Made by a program: the position numbers and the translations under genes. 64,000 nucleotides of DNA from Pecten maximus (Eukaryota). The first letter of the stretch is position 1, and every line of letters begins with the position of its first letter. Positions 33,521 through 48,100 of the stretch are shown piece after piece. Location of the stretch: contig NC_047018.1 in assembly GCF_902652985.1 (NCBI RefSeq), positions 50,220,001-50,284,000 on the forward strand, given 5' to 3'. The notes under the pieces were generated by a model. The model saw only the letters and a list, made by a program, of their open reading frames with translations. It was not told where the DNA came from and searched no databases.

Positions 33521-36197
33521 GAAGCAGTATTGATTTCCTGGTATTCATTTGCTAATGCCGGAAGAAGTAGTTTTAAATGGATTTCTTGATTTCTTTCCCC
33601 AGATTTACAAAATATGTAAGTTATTACCTATATCACAGCTTTGTGTATTGGATCATGACTTGTAATAATCAATTGCTGTAGAATCTGTTCCATCTTTTTT
33701 GTGATTTTGCTTTTTGAGGTTTAGAATGTACCAAATAAACCATACCTAATAGGTTCTGTAAGACAAAAACATCCTCCTGTAAATTTATGATACATATGTA
33801 TGGCATAGCTATACAGATCATGGCCACCTCTTGTTTCTCTACCATTTCATTAGAGGACTGTTTGATATATGTATCATAATTGAAGAATACAGTCGAATAT
33901 TTACAATATTTGTTATACATTGAATTTGTTTTGGTCGCCAAAAAATTTTTAATCACTGAAACTATAAACACTTTAAATTATTTAAGTTGTTTATTGCTTA
34001 CAATCTTTAATTGTTTTCACAATTTTCAATCTATACTTTAGATTGAATTCTTGCAAAATTAAATTTAACTGGGGGATATTACAGAGATGTATTAATTCTT
34101 TAACAAATAATCTATGTTGAAATTATGAATAAAATTTGAGATGATGCTTAATTTGTTGAATGATTTTTTTATATTCATCAAGATTTGATGCATCGTGGAG
34201 ATATAACTTTTCTACCACTCTCTTTGAAAATTGGAATTAAAGCTACTTCATTTCCGAAAATTGCCAACTAAATATCCAGGTGGAAGAACTTTAATCTTGA
34301 TCAGGAAATATCCTGGGCCCAGTTGTTCAAAAGATAATTAGGCTAACCACAATTTAACAACAATATCAAAATCATTATAAAAAGAATTTGTGGTAAATGT
34401 AACTTTGCGAAAAATGGTGAAATTTCAGCACTCTTAATTCTCTCCGTGCCTGCAGATTTTGAGGAATGCTTACATATAGGGTTTGGAGTGAAGGGGAAAT
34501 GAGATTTTTACTAATCAAGTGATTAAGCTAATTACCTTATGGGTCCTGATAATACAAAAGGAATTGCCGATCTATACTGGTACACAAGATCAGCAGAACA
34601 AAAAGGGAATATGCTAAAACATCAGAAAACACTGTCTTAGAACAGTTACAATCTAATTAAAATAAGGCTTGCAATTTCCGCTCCTTTATGATACATTGGA
34701 ATTACAATGCTTGTGTGCAGTGTATCGTAGAGGAGCAGAAATTGTACTGCAGTGTATTGTAGAGGAGCGGAAATTAAGTCTTATTTTAATCACATTCAGA
34801 ACGGTTGATATACATATGCATGTACAATGTATCTGAAACAGCCAACCACAAAGAAATTATATCAAAAAATTAAATCTTTCGTATTCTCTCTCGATCTTTA
34901 CTGCAGAAATATCGTTATACTAGCTATTTCATAAATAATCAATTGTATTACATTTTAAGAAAAATGTTCAGACAATGAAATACTGACTATCAATTTACAT
35001 GGATATATCACGCAAGTCCATATTATGTAATCTGAATTTTGAAATATGATTTAAATTGTCATGTTGATAATGATATCATAATCCTGTACAGAACTTTGTT
35101 TTAATGTACTGTACAAACAGCAAAGGACTCAAATCCTTAAATCAGAATATAACATGTAGTTATGAAAACTAGGACACTGACAGGTTAGCAAGTGTCCCAC
35201 TGTTTAACAGTTCATCTCGGTTACTGTGCATCATCAATTTTTACAGTGTGTAAGCATGTGAATTTCAAAAAGTTCAGCCTTCTGTTAGGACCTTTGACTG
35301 TTATAGAGACCTTAAATTGACCTTAGACACATTTAAATCCATATTGCACATCACTATTGTGAGATTTCAGAAATTTTGATCTTGAAGAATTCAGAGATGA
35401 TATTTAGAAACGAAAGCATTGATAATCGCTGATTATTATAGTGTATCTTCTTTTTCATACAAGGTCCTGATTAAATATTTCATTTTAATCAAAATCTTCG
35501 GAAAAAAAGCAGTGTAACACAGTATTGGGTGAAATGATAATTTATTACATGATTTAAAATGAATGAAATCATATGTCTCTCACATCCACACAGTTTCATA
35601 ATTAAATTATATCTCAAATTGGTATTAACAGTTTGTTCAGTTCTACACTTAGATGAAAACAAAAATGTACAACTTGTACAAGTATTCTGTAATTCCATTA
35701 AAAGTGTCTCAAAAGTTATAATTAATGCGTACAGCTTGATTTTAGAAATAAATCAAAATCATAGACATCGCCCAAAACTGTGTAAAGGGAGGTAACTTGC
35801 ATCTTTTCTTTTTGTTTAAGTTTGTACCAGGTATGGTAAGTGTTCAAAGTAGCATGCTGACTGTTTTAAATAGAGTTATCTCCCTTCCCTTTATACACGC
35901 ATACTCTGTTACCAATTCTGATCCCTTAAAAAAAAAAAAATAATAATAATTAAATATCCTAGTCCAATGTGTATTTCAAATAATTGTTAAAACAACATTA
36001 TCATATATCACATAGTAGCGACTATCAATAAAATTGCACTTAAAAACATCCAGACACATTTTTAACATTAACTGATTCTGACATCCTTGGTAAGAAGTTC
36101 CAAACCTCATTCTCACCCAGACATCACAGCACTAGAACACATTTACAGTATATTAAAACACTACACGACAGACATCTCCTTGTTTATAATGTTTAAC

Positions 36198-39100
36198 TCA
36201 TTTGCCCTCCACCATCTTATCACGGATGATCACAGCCTCGTCAAATTCAATCATGAATGTTGTTCCCTTATGCCAATGAGCTGTCACTTTTGCCGGCTGG
36301 AAAATAATATAACAAGAATTAGTTTTATAGAGAGCTTTAAGACAAAAGTAGAAAGATTAGTCTATATTGACTCTCACATTCAGTACTCGTAGGAGAAATA
36401 AAAAAATTAAAATATATCTTAAATTCATAAGTCTAGTAAATGACTAAATTTTACATACAATATTTAACTGGACACATGTAAACTTTGCCCTTACGGAGGA
36501 AAAAACTTGTTTCAGGTTATAGAAGTTGTCTCAATTCGCAGAAATGAGATTAACCTGCATTCACTTGACTAATTGTAGTATAAGTTCAATCACTGTGTAG
36601 ACCAGTATCTCATCACAAGAAATCTTAGCATTTCAAGAATCTTATGTATACCCTCAAAATAGCCTCGTGAGTCCGAGCAGACCAAAGTACTGGCTGTCAG
36701 GGTCAAATTTATTGCGTGATATCAGGTTGAAACAACATACATGTAAGGCAGTGAATTAAAGCAAATTGGTTCAAGCCATTTATATAGGTCAAAGAGTCAC
36801 TGCCGACCTAAATATATCAGGTTAAAACCCTTTCTACAGGTCGATCAGTGACACCTCATCTAAATATATTGGGGTTCAAACCGTTTACAATGTATATAGG
36901 TCAATGAGTCACAGTTGACCTACATATATCGGGTTCAAACCATTTATATAGGTCAAAGAGTCACAGCCGACCTAAATATATCAGGGTTACCAAATCATTT
37001 ATTTATGCCATTGAGTCACAGCTGAGTTTAGCACATCAAGGTTTAAATATTTTAGGCCTATGAGTCGCAGGAGATTCGCTTTGATAGTGAGGTTAGTTCT
37101 GGACTTTATTATGATAATTAAGCTCAAGGGCTAGAAAAACCAAATACTTCTGAGTGCTATTTTGTAGTATGTGTGTCAGTGGGTTAATATTTGAAATAAC
37201 AGTCTGTCTTAATTAGTGTTCCTGCATGTTAATTAGCTATTGGCATGTGTTTTGTAGAACTGCAGGTATCCACACATTTACATTTCTTCTGAAATTCTAG
37301 AAATATTTGTCTACTTACGAAGTTGGCACCGTTTAATATGGCTTCTATGATTCCAGCAGTGAAAGCTGCACAGTTCAATTTGCCTGTCAATAAAAAAACA
37401 AGAATTATGACGACATGGAATTCCACACTATATACAGTGGTTACACAAAGAAAACTGAAAATATTTTCTAAAATGAAGGTTATCTTGAAATTGAAATCTC
37501 AGACCTCTAACATTTTAAATGAAGTGCTATGTGACAAAATGACATCACTTTCCTTTTAATGAATTGATCAATTTTATTTGTCTATTTAATCAATTTGCAT
37601 GAAAGAAATCAAAGAAAAACTTCAACAGCTCTAGTGAATAAATAATTTGAATAAAAGTTGACAGGCATGATAGACCAAGAGGCCCACAGGGCCTGCTATT
37701 CATTGTTCTAATAATGATGTGTGTACTGACTATATATTTTGATGCTTTTCAACGAAGATGTAACATATTTGATCCCTGTGATATTGAAAGTAGGTTAAGG
37801 TCATTCTTTGAATTTACATGGTAATCGTTCATCCCAGCATGCTACTTGGCCATTATCATGACCCTAGACCTAAAGAGCAAAGGGCCACAACTTTTAAAAT
37901 CAGATTGGTCCCAACTGTTTTTCATGAAAATTTATTCATATTTACTCAAGTCCAATGGTAGCAAAACTACAAAGGGCAATAACTCTGTAAGTTACACCTG
38001 AATTTGTCTGATCGAGGAACTTGTTCTGAAAATTTGTTGATGTAAGGCTGCAAACAACGTTTCATCAATTCTCACATGGGCTTATTTCAAAACACATACT
38101 TATTACAAAACATGGGCTTATTACAAAACACATACTTATTACCAAACATGGGCTTATTACAAAACACATACTTATTACCAAACATGGGCTTATTACAAAA
38201 CATGGGCTTATTACAAAACACATACTTATTACCAAACATGGGCTTATTACAAAACACATACTTATTACCAAACATGGGCTTATTACAAAACACATACTTA
38301 TTACAAAACATGGGCTTATTACAAAACATGGACTTATTACCAAACATGGGCTTATTACAAAACACATACTTATTACCAAACACATACTTATTACAAAACA
38401 CATACTTATTACAAAACATGGGCTTATTACAAAACACATACTTATTACAAAACATGGGCTTATTACAAAACACATACTTATTACCAAACATGGGCTTATT
38501 ACAAAACACATACTTATTACCAAACATGGGCTTATTACAAAACACATACTTATTACCAAACATGGGCTTATTACAAAACACATACTTATTACCAAACATG
38601 GGCTTATTACAAAACATGGGCTTATTACAAAACACATACTTATTACCAAACATGGGCTTATTACAAAACACATACTTATTACCAAACATGGGCTTATTAC
38701 AAAACACATACTTATTACAAAACATGGGCTTATTACAAAACATGGACTTATTACCAAACATGGGCTTATTACAAAACACATACTTATTACCAAACACATA
38801 CTTATTACAAAACACATACTTATTACAAAACACATACTTATTACCAAACATGGGCTTATTACAAAACACATACTTATTACCAAATATGGGCTTATTACAA
38901 AACATGGGCTTATTACAAAACACATACTTATTACCAAACATGGGCTTATTACAAAACACATACTTATTACCAAACATGGGCTTATTACAAAACACATACT
39001 TATTACCAAACATGGGGCTTATTACAAAACACATACTTATTACCAAACATGGGGCTTATTACAAAACACATACTTATTACAAAACACATACTTATTACAA

Positions 39101-42100
39101 AACACATACTTATTACCAAACATGGGCTTATTGCAAAACACATACTTATTACCAAACATGGGCTTATTACAAAACACATACTTATTACCAAACATGGGCT
39201 TATTACAAAACACATACTTATTACCAAACATGGGCTTATTACAAAACACATACTTATTACCAAACATGGACTTATTACAAAACACATACTTATTACCAAA
39301 CATGGACTTATTGCCTGATATACAGGTATATTCTGTCAGCTGGGTACCTGAGTTACACCAGCCAGATATCTACCAGATTCAAATTATCATCTGACACATT
39401 AATAAAACTCAAAACCGATTATCCAATTACATTATGTTTGTATGTCCCTGACATTGATTGTATTTGGGTCAAACTGTACAGTAAAGTAACCTACAATCTT
39501 ATCCCAAAGCTGCCTATGCTGTAACTGTCACTACGACTGTCGACTGTCGGTTAATTTGACTATATTGGATATACTCACCTTTATCTTTAGGTACAGATAT
39601 AAACCGGTTGACCAGGTGCTCGGATTCTATGATGTAATCTGAACTCAGGTTAAGACATATTTTTTTTTCCAAATTTTTTCATTATTTTTTTAATTTAATT
39701 TTTTTTTGTACTGACATAACCTTGTAACATGTATGTTTTATTAATAACATTTTCTATCTTAAAAAACCTAGAAGTATTATAAACATACTTATTATGGCAA
39801 TAGAAGAATATAGCTAAAACTCTTAATGATTTCTTAGGAAGCTGAGAAGCTCAGGAAATGGGCCAGTCTGTGTTGATGTGGCTGTGTCCTTGGGCAAGAC
39901 ACTTAACACTAATTTCTCTGGAACACATGCAACCGTCCTCTTGTATGTTGTTTAGTGAGGTAGTCACAAGCTACCACAATGAGACCCCGCCTCTACATGA
40001 CTCTGACAATTCACATGATAAGCAACCTAACAAACAAACTCAATAACTCAAACAAACAAACGCAATGAATTTGTTGAGACATAAAGGTAGACTCCTTCTA
40101 TTTGAGGATATTACAAAGGGGCATAACTCCCCAGAAATTCATCAAAATACATGTATATCACTTAAAGGCTAAAGTAACCACTATAGGTATAATCAGGAAC
40201 ACCAAGTTTTATTTGAATGGAATTCCAGGAGTAGTTCAACAGTACCAGGTAATATTACTCCCTAGACAGAATCCTGTCCAAAGATGGACACATTTACATG
40301 GACAAATCCACAGATATCCGATCTTCATTTTGAGGTTTACATGTCCAAAATTAGGGTGGGGTACAGTACGTGAGCTGACATTTTCAAAATTCTGCAAATT
40401 TACAGCATTGTCTTTTTTTAGGCAAAACTCAAATTTAATTATTCTCTTATCTATCTCACTATCATAGAACATTGATCAATATTAATAATCATGAAAAAAT
40501 GTAGCTTCAAAAATATATATACATTATAATTAAAATTCACCAGAAAATGTTACTGAATTGTCTGAAAGGAAATTTAGTTTTACCTCACATTATTATAGCT
40601 AATGGTATATTAGCTGACTGGTATCAGGAAATTAATCGACTTGCAGGTGTGATTCTACTAGTATTCATATGAACCCAATTTTATCTTGCTAATCTAAACA
40701 TGACACCAGCAGTTCATAAAAACAATTACTTACTCAAATTGGTTTCCTGCAACAGGCCTCGGCTGATATCACAGACACCAGAAAATTAACACATGGTTCA
40801 TACAGTAACCCCTCAGACTGGGACAGACCCTGACACACATGTGTAATAGTAGGAACTAGAAAATTAATTTTCATCAAATACAATGGCGGAATATTAAATC
40901 CAGGATTTCGTATCATACACGTAATACTCCATTCCCAGAAACAGGATTTAACATATATTCCCAAAAAACATTTTAATACTGAATTCAAACTTTAAATTAT
41001 TTTAATGTATTTAAGTGTTTACAAACACCTTTGAAATATTCCACTGAAATCAGCTAAAAAAAATTTGAAAAATATTGAAATAAAGAAAACAAAAAAAAAC
41101 AATTGAAAGTAATGTACTGCAATCACAAAGACCTCAGATGTAAATTTAACCCTTAATTATTGTTATTCTAGAATAATTATATATATAAGCACACCCCACC
41201 TTTTTATTTCAGGAAAAGAAGATTGGTGCTGAAATACAAATGTATACAAGAATTCCTATGACTCACTGATCTGTTTTAAATATTAATCTTCCATCTTTCA
41301 ACCAAAGACTCCGGATTGTTTTTGCTATATATACATAAAGCTACCGGTATGTAAATAAAAAAAAAACATAATTTTCCCCACCCAGATTTCACATGAGAAC
41401 TGTTTCCTATAAATAGTGTTACCAAGTGCAGTCCCTTTTAATGTGTTTTTGATAGCGAACAGTGTGCTTGTTTGGACAAATACGGTAACGATATGCATTA
41501 TGACCTTGAACCAGACTGAGCTAAAATAATGTCCTACATTTCTTCAGCCTGGTTACATAATTAAGCTCGTTATGATTATCGTATAACATAACAAGCATGC
41601 CTCTATTGTTATCCCAAGGATACAAGTTCTCTCATCATCGTTCGAGTGCTCCAGGGTATCGGCTTGCTTTCCGAAAAGAGTCTGAAACAGAAAAAAATAT
41701 TGAATCTTTATTAGTGGTGTTCTGATTAAACAAGTTCATTGAAATCCTCGTTTTTTTTTTCTGTCTAAAATTTTTTTGGTGTATATTTGAAAATGAAGCC
41801 TTTCAAAAGGAGTTCAGACTACTATTTTCATAAAAAAAATTTGTTTTGTTGATTTTCTGATGGTGAATCTTGCAATGAATAAATCAAAACACTTGTATGG
41901 AAATAAGAAAGAGTGTTATTTTCTTTGAGTACAGAATTAGCATGCTACAAATATTGATTTCTCTCATTATACCATTTTCTTAGTACCTGTATTTTTCAGA
42001 CAGGGTCATATTTGAGCATATTTGGGATTTTTTGTCAAATAATCTATTTGACGAAATATCTTTTTTCTTTCAAATTTTGGCTCTTCATGACCTAGATAAT

Positions 42101-45100
42101 AACTGAAAATAAAATGAAAGTTTCCTATTCACAGTAAAATTTTAATGTAAGGTGTAGGCAGCCGCCTTAATTAAGCAAGAAATCTGAAATCAGGTTTCGT
42201 CACGAATGAACGACATCATGATAAACAAAAGAGCACTCGCTGATCAATCGACTGATATAGCATGCGAGATAAACTTCACTATCGATTACTTGATTGTGGT
42301 TCTTGTTAATATCATATAAAACACAAGCATCTAGAAAATTGAAATGGTGCATTTAGCACTACAGGAGATGTAAGGCACATGTAAATATCAAAGACATATT
42401 AATTTTAATCAATTATAGATTGGATATACAAAAGTGATGATCGATCAGGAAATTTCAACCAATTCCCATCACTAAATCTTTATCAACAAACTAAATTTAT
42501 GAAACGACTAGAAAATCAGAGCGGATACTTGTCAAATTTGCCAGGATGAAGCACAAAATGTTCAGGTGTCAAAATACCAAAAAACAAAACCCACAGGCCA
42601 CTAAATTGGCCCTTCCAACACTTGTTGAATCAAAATGCCACACAGGAAATCCTGATTGCATGTCATGATGATAAGGTCTACAAAAAGATCAGTTAAAAGC
42701 TGAAAGAGGAGATTTCTGGACAAAAAAAAGGTTTTCAAAGGATGGATTGGATGCCATACCATGCATATCTTAAAGTATACTCGTACAAAAAAGGTTTTCA
42801 ACAGCAGCAACCATACCATATATTTAAAAGTTACAACTCAAACTCATTAAATATTAAATAAATTCAATATCCAGTGAAGATCTCAGCCTCTTTAGACAGG
42901 CTGCTAATTAAAGCGGCTGAAATCTTCACTGAATATTGAACATATTTAATATTTAAAATTTTGAGTAGAAACTTATAGATATATATGGTATGGCTACCGT
43001 CATTAAACTTGCATGCTCCGTTAAAAATTTTCATCTTTTTTTTCATAAATGACCACACATTAAGACAACACCTGCTACTGTGATTTTTTTGTCGACACCT
43101 GATGCATGTAATGCCATTTTTTGGGGATGTGTATTGGTATCATTTTGATGTCACCATAATTTGTTAATAAGAGTTAAGGAGGTATGACACATTTATGACC
43201 GACACTGGAATATTCCTACTCCAACCCTGATAAGATAATTACTCTACAGTTATCTTCAAATGATGATTTTTTTTCACTTTTTTTTTCATGCATGTTTTCC
43301 TTTCCACCTGCAACTGAGCATGTAACTCCTACAAGCAGATCGGCTGACACACATGTACATGTATTTATAGTACCATGAACTACATGTTGTTGATTATACC
43401 ATAAATACCATGATAAACCTACTTAACACCACTTGAATACTCCTGTAAACTTGTAAACCATGCCAGCTGATCTTTAGACCAGAGAACGTGTGTTCCACCA
43501 TTTATGTTCAAATGGAACTCTTTTGTGTTCTATTTATAGAAACAGGTGATTTCCCAGATCATATCAGACATCGTTTTCTTTGACATAATAATTGATTTAC
43601 AATGTCTTTTACTAGCTTTTTGTTCTGAACAAAAGTTATTTATCAACAAGAATGAAGTCTTTACTTTACCTTCAAATAAAGATGGTAAGTTATTATTTGT
43701 ATGTGTGTTTAGTTTTGGGTGCTCTTTGCACTGACATGTCATCTGTAGCCTGTAGGAATACACAAAATGTGGCGAAAACATGTGTTCCAGTTACTTAATT
43801 TGCTGAAGAAAATTGAACACATAAAGTAGCAAAATATTTCACATGAATTATTACTTTTGAACACCATTTTGACACTCAGTCAAAGATTTATTTCCTTGAA
43901 AAAAGGTAGGGGCGCCCTTATTAGGTCAAATACGGTATATGTAATAGAAGAGGAAAATGCAATGACCAGACTGGGACTCGAACCCAGAACCTCTGAACTC
44001 TAAGACAGACATTCTTTCCATTTGATATACCTGGCCACAGGCGTTCAGCCCAGTCCAGTTCCACTACATTCCTCCCTCCTTCCACAAAATCTCTGAGTAA
44101 ATTCATCAACCAGACCAAGACCTCCAAACTCTGGACACTCTAACCATTTAAACTACCTTGCCAAAATGAAATATGAAATTTGAGAAAGAATTTTCCTTTA
44201 CTTTCTTCAACTGTTGAAATCTAGGAAATCTGCTTCCAACTTTTGTTTTTGTTTTAATTGTTTTAATTTTTTAACGTCCTTGCTATTAACAGCCAGGGTC
44301 ATTTAAAGACATGCCAAGTTTTGGAGGTAGAGGAAAGTTGGAGTACCCGGAGAAAAACCACCGGCCTATGGTCAGTACCTGGCAACTGCCCCACGCAGGT
44401 TTCGAACTCGCAACCAAGAGGTGAAGGGCTAGTGTTTTTGTTTTTTTTTTTTTTTGTTTCCAACTGCACAGATAAACTTGAAAAAGATCCATGGATCGTG
44501 AGTTGTTCCTAAATAAGAAGATTAAGACAGCATCTGCAACTGGTGGTCTGATTAATGTTGGGTAACAGTGTATTTTCGGATAATGGGTAACAGTCCAGTG
44601 TTTGAAAATTTGTGATCTAACACCAACACCTTGATAACCAAGTAAAAAAAAAAGGTTTTTATTTCTTTATATTTTCTTTTTATTTCAATTCCCATTATAT
44701 TTCAGCAATTAATTATCTAAATTGTCTGAAATTGTAAAAGCCCAACCCTTTTTTTGGAAACAATAAAATCGTGAAAAAAAGCTTAAGGTGCACCTGGTTT
44801 TGGCGCATCAATATTTTTCAGTTCTATACATTCAGAGACGGAATGCCCCTTTAAAGGCACAACATATTTTGTCTTAGTTTTAAAATCTAATTATCAAACT
44901 ATAGTACATTAGCAAGTGTCTTCAAATGATAACAAGCTTAGCTTTAATGAATTTTTATTCATATAATGCTATACTATATGAAATCTTAAATACACTGTAA
45001 TATGACAATTAAACTCTGATTACGACTATAGCCCCCATAAGGACCAGGATATGCAACCGTCTATCACACAGGTATATTTGTAATATCCGAATTCATAAAT

Positions 45101-48100
45101 ACCATTATCCATAAGACATTTACCTACCAATTAAGAAGGGGATGCGGATGCAATTTTAACTGCAGCAAAATATAAATGGACTGTCAGGATTACTTAACAC
45201 TGACCTTCATGTTAGTGAGCAACAGAAATATTGTAAATGTATTGGCGGATAAATTAATCATTGACAGATTATACTAGAGACTACGATTTTTTATACTCAG
45301 CATCCGTAGCGATATCATTAGGGGTGGGGTGATTCATCTTCCTCAATAGGATGTACATTACCGGTAAACGAAATTAACATCCATAGTTTCATATACATGC
45401 TCTGGATTTAATAGGACAACTTTTTCTGAACATTAAATTGGATTAAATAGGACAATTTTTCCTGAACATTAAATTAACATTTTTATTTTTCAGCAACAGA
45501 AGCCGATGAAGATTTAACACATATCAATTCTTCCCTAAATTGTTTGGATTGTGAAATCCCAAAATACCTGAATACTGAAAATCTTGTCATAAAATATTAT
45601 AAAGTTTCACAATGTTTTACATGTAGTTTGTCATCCATAAACTAAGACTTTTAACTTACTAATTATTTCACAGCATGAAGAAATTTCAATATAACTTTAT
45701 GAAATAGTTATTACCAAGGCTTTTTATATTTTCTGTAAAGAAATTCAAAATGTTTGCGAATGTACTAATCTAAATTTGAACACAGGTCGAGCTCAGCTGG
45801 TTACCGGACAGCAAAATATAAGAACCTTGTTATTCTGTAAAGAGAAGGCGTGATTATAAGTGTCGTCCCAGAAACTCATTTTATGCAATAATTAAGTACT
45901 ATATATTTTATTAGGACATTTAGAGGGACTTACAAATTATAAAAATAAATGAAATTCAATAGACTATAGGACCTTAAATTATCCAATAGTCAATAGTCAC
46001 AACAGCTAGGTTATCCTGATGTTACGCATCAGAGTTAGGATATGGTAACTATTGGATAAGGATCGAGTAGCATTCAAAATTATAGATATATTCTATTTAA
46101 CGGACGATTCCCCATTCTCCTCCCTCTCCCTCTCTTTCTCATCTGTCACTCCATACTACCACTTCTTCTCATTTTTCTATCTTTTCTCATCCACTGTAAG
46201 TGGCCAAAGTGGCTGAGTGGTTAAGGTGTCCCAACACTTTATCACTAGCCCTCCACCTCTGGGTTGCGAGTTCGAAACCTATGTGGGGCAGTTGCCAGGT
46301 ACTGACTGTAGGTTTTTTCTCCGGGTACTCCGTCTTTCCTCCACCTCCAAACCTCAGGCACGTCCTTAAGTGACCCTGGCTGTTAATAGGACGTTAAACA
46401 AAAATAAACCAAATTCTCATCCTCTGAAAGGCTGCATAGCGGACTATGACCCCGTTAATAACAAAAACTTGCATATAGAAGACTCATTTTCTGTTGCAAA
46501 TACACAAATACAATTAAATTGAACCAAACCATTGAGCAAATGCCAGAATGAATTAAACTGTCCTAGCTCTTATATAATCTGATAATATTTTAAATTTTAA
46601 GTGTAGAAAATCATTTCTTGGCAAATGTAGACAGTTTTCAATATATATACACCATATGGGTATTCTATAATATATCAAATGAATTTCATTCTCACTTTTC
46701 TGAAAGAGTGTTTTAGGGGGTAAAATTTATAATGTCATAACTATGTGGAAAATTGAAATAAGAACATCCTTGATTTGAAGGTTGAATAATTTGTATAGAT
46801 TTTAAATGATATGTAAATTACCCTACCACAGCAAATTGATTGTCTATTGACATGTTTAAAACTTGTGACCAAATGGTGTCGGAGTTTACTATTCAACCGG
46901 ATATACAAAGATAGTGTATAGCGGTTCAAGATACCAACAGGTAGGGGCTCATCGTCCTCAAATACCCAATATTTTTTTTCACAAAACGTTTAGTCAAAAT
47001 CGCTAAAGGGCTTCATAATGACTAACAAGAAATATTCCTCAGGTGTCTGACAAAATCTAACTGCATCAGGTGCAAATTGCTGGGTATAAATTTACATACA
47101 TGTGAGTTAAATAAGTATCATTATAAATGGAGTGAAATTAGATTTTGTGGGCTAAGGTACCAGCTGGTTCATTACACTAAATTGTCAACCTTTCTTCTCT
47201 GATAAACTGATATAAGAGTGTTTCTGTACATTCCAATATCTATACTAAACATACACGCAGCTGGAGTCTAATTAGACAGTTCGAATATAGACCTATATAG
47301 ATACAACAATACTTATCACAGGTGGCAAATGAAATATATGTATGATCATAATGATTGACAGCATCACTGCTGAAATCAGACATTGTATTGCTAACCTTTG
47401 ACCTCTAGCGATTGCACAGGTAAGCACACCTGTACCTGAGAAAATTTAAAGTCATTTTTTTGCAAAAAAAAAAATCAAAAAATCTTGAACTTTCAATTTA
47501 GTTTAGATAGCAGTCATAAATTATGAAACACCAGATGTATATTATAAGAATTGTAGTATATTCTTTATTCCTCGTAAAACTCATTATTATAGTCTTCAAT
47601 GCTGCATGAAATTCCACTCATTGTCTGCTTTAAAACCTTGTGCTCAAATATACAAAAGTCATAATTGTTAGCTTTAAAACATATCATAAAACTATAAATC
47701 ATTTCATAAATTTCTTATTTAAATTTTTAATAAAGCTTATCACTTTTATTGAATTAGGAATTGATTATTACTGAAAAATACTTTTACATTTAAAATTTGA
47801 AAATGAAGTAAATTATATTTAAAAGAGATTTTCATGAAGCTTTATCAAGCTAACAATGCTTTGTAGAAAGCGTTTGTAGGGGTATACCTCCCACTGAGTA
47901 TAAAGAGGAAGGAAAAGATGCCTTACAGAATGGCTTCGGAAGCTTCAGTGCTCAACCCTCTAATTTACAATGTAAGACAAATTTTATGAACATAATTATC
48001 CTTAATTTTAAAGATGTGAACTTCAGGATGGAAATTAAAGTACACCAATTTAATGACATCAGCGTCAGAGCTTTGCCAGACCCAGCCAGTTTAGCAAGAA

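Noticed and set aside
38065-39524. 482-, 319- and 314-aa ORFs
   Set aside because: They come from the 18/36-bp satellite inside a TRAPPC5 intron.
46201-46285. tRNA gene
   Set aside because: The A/B boxes are the head of a SINE with a V-type body, tail and TSD.
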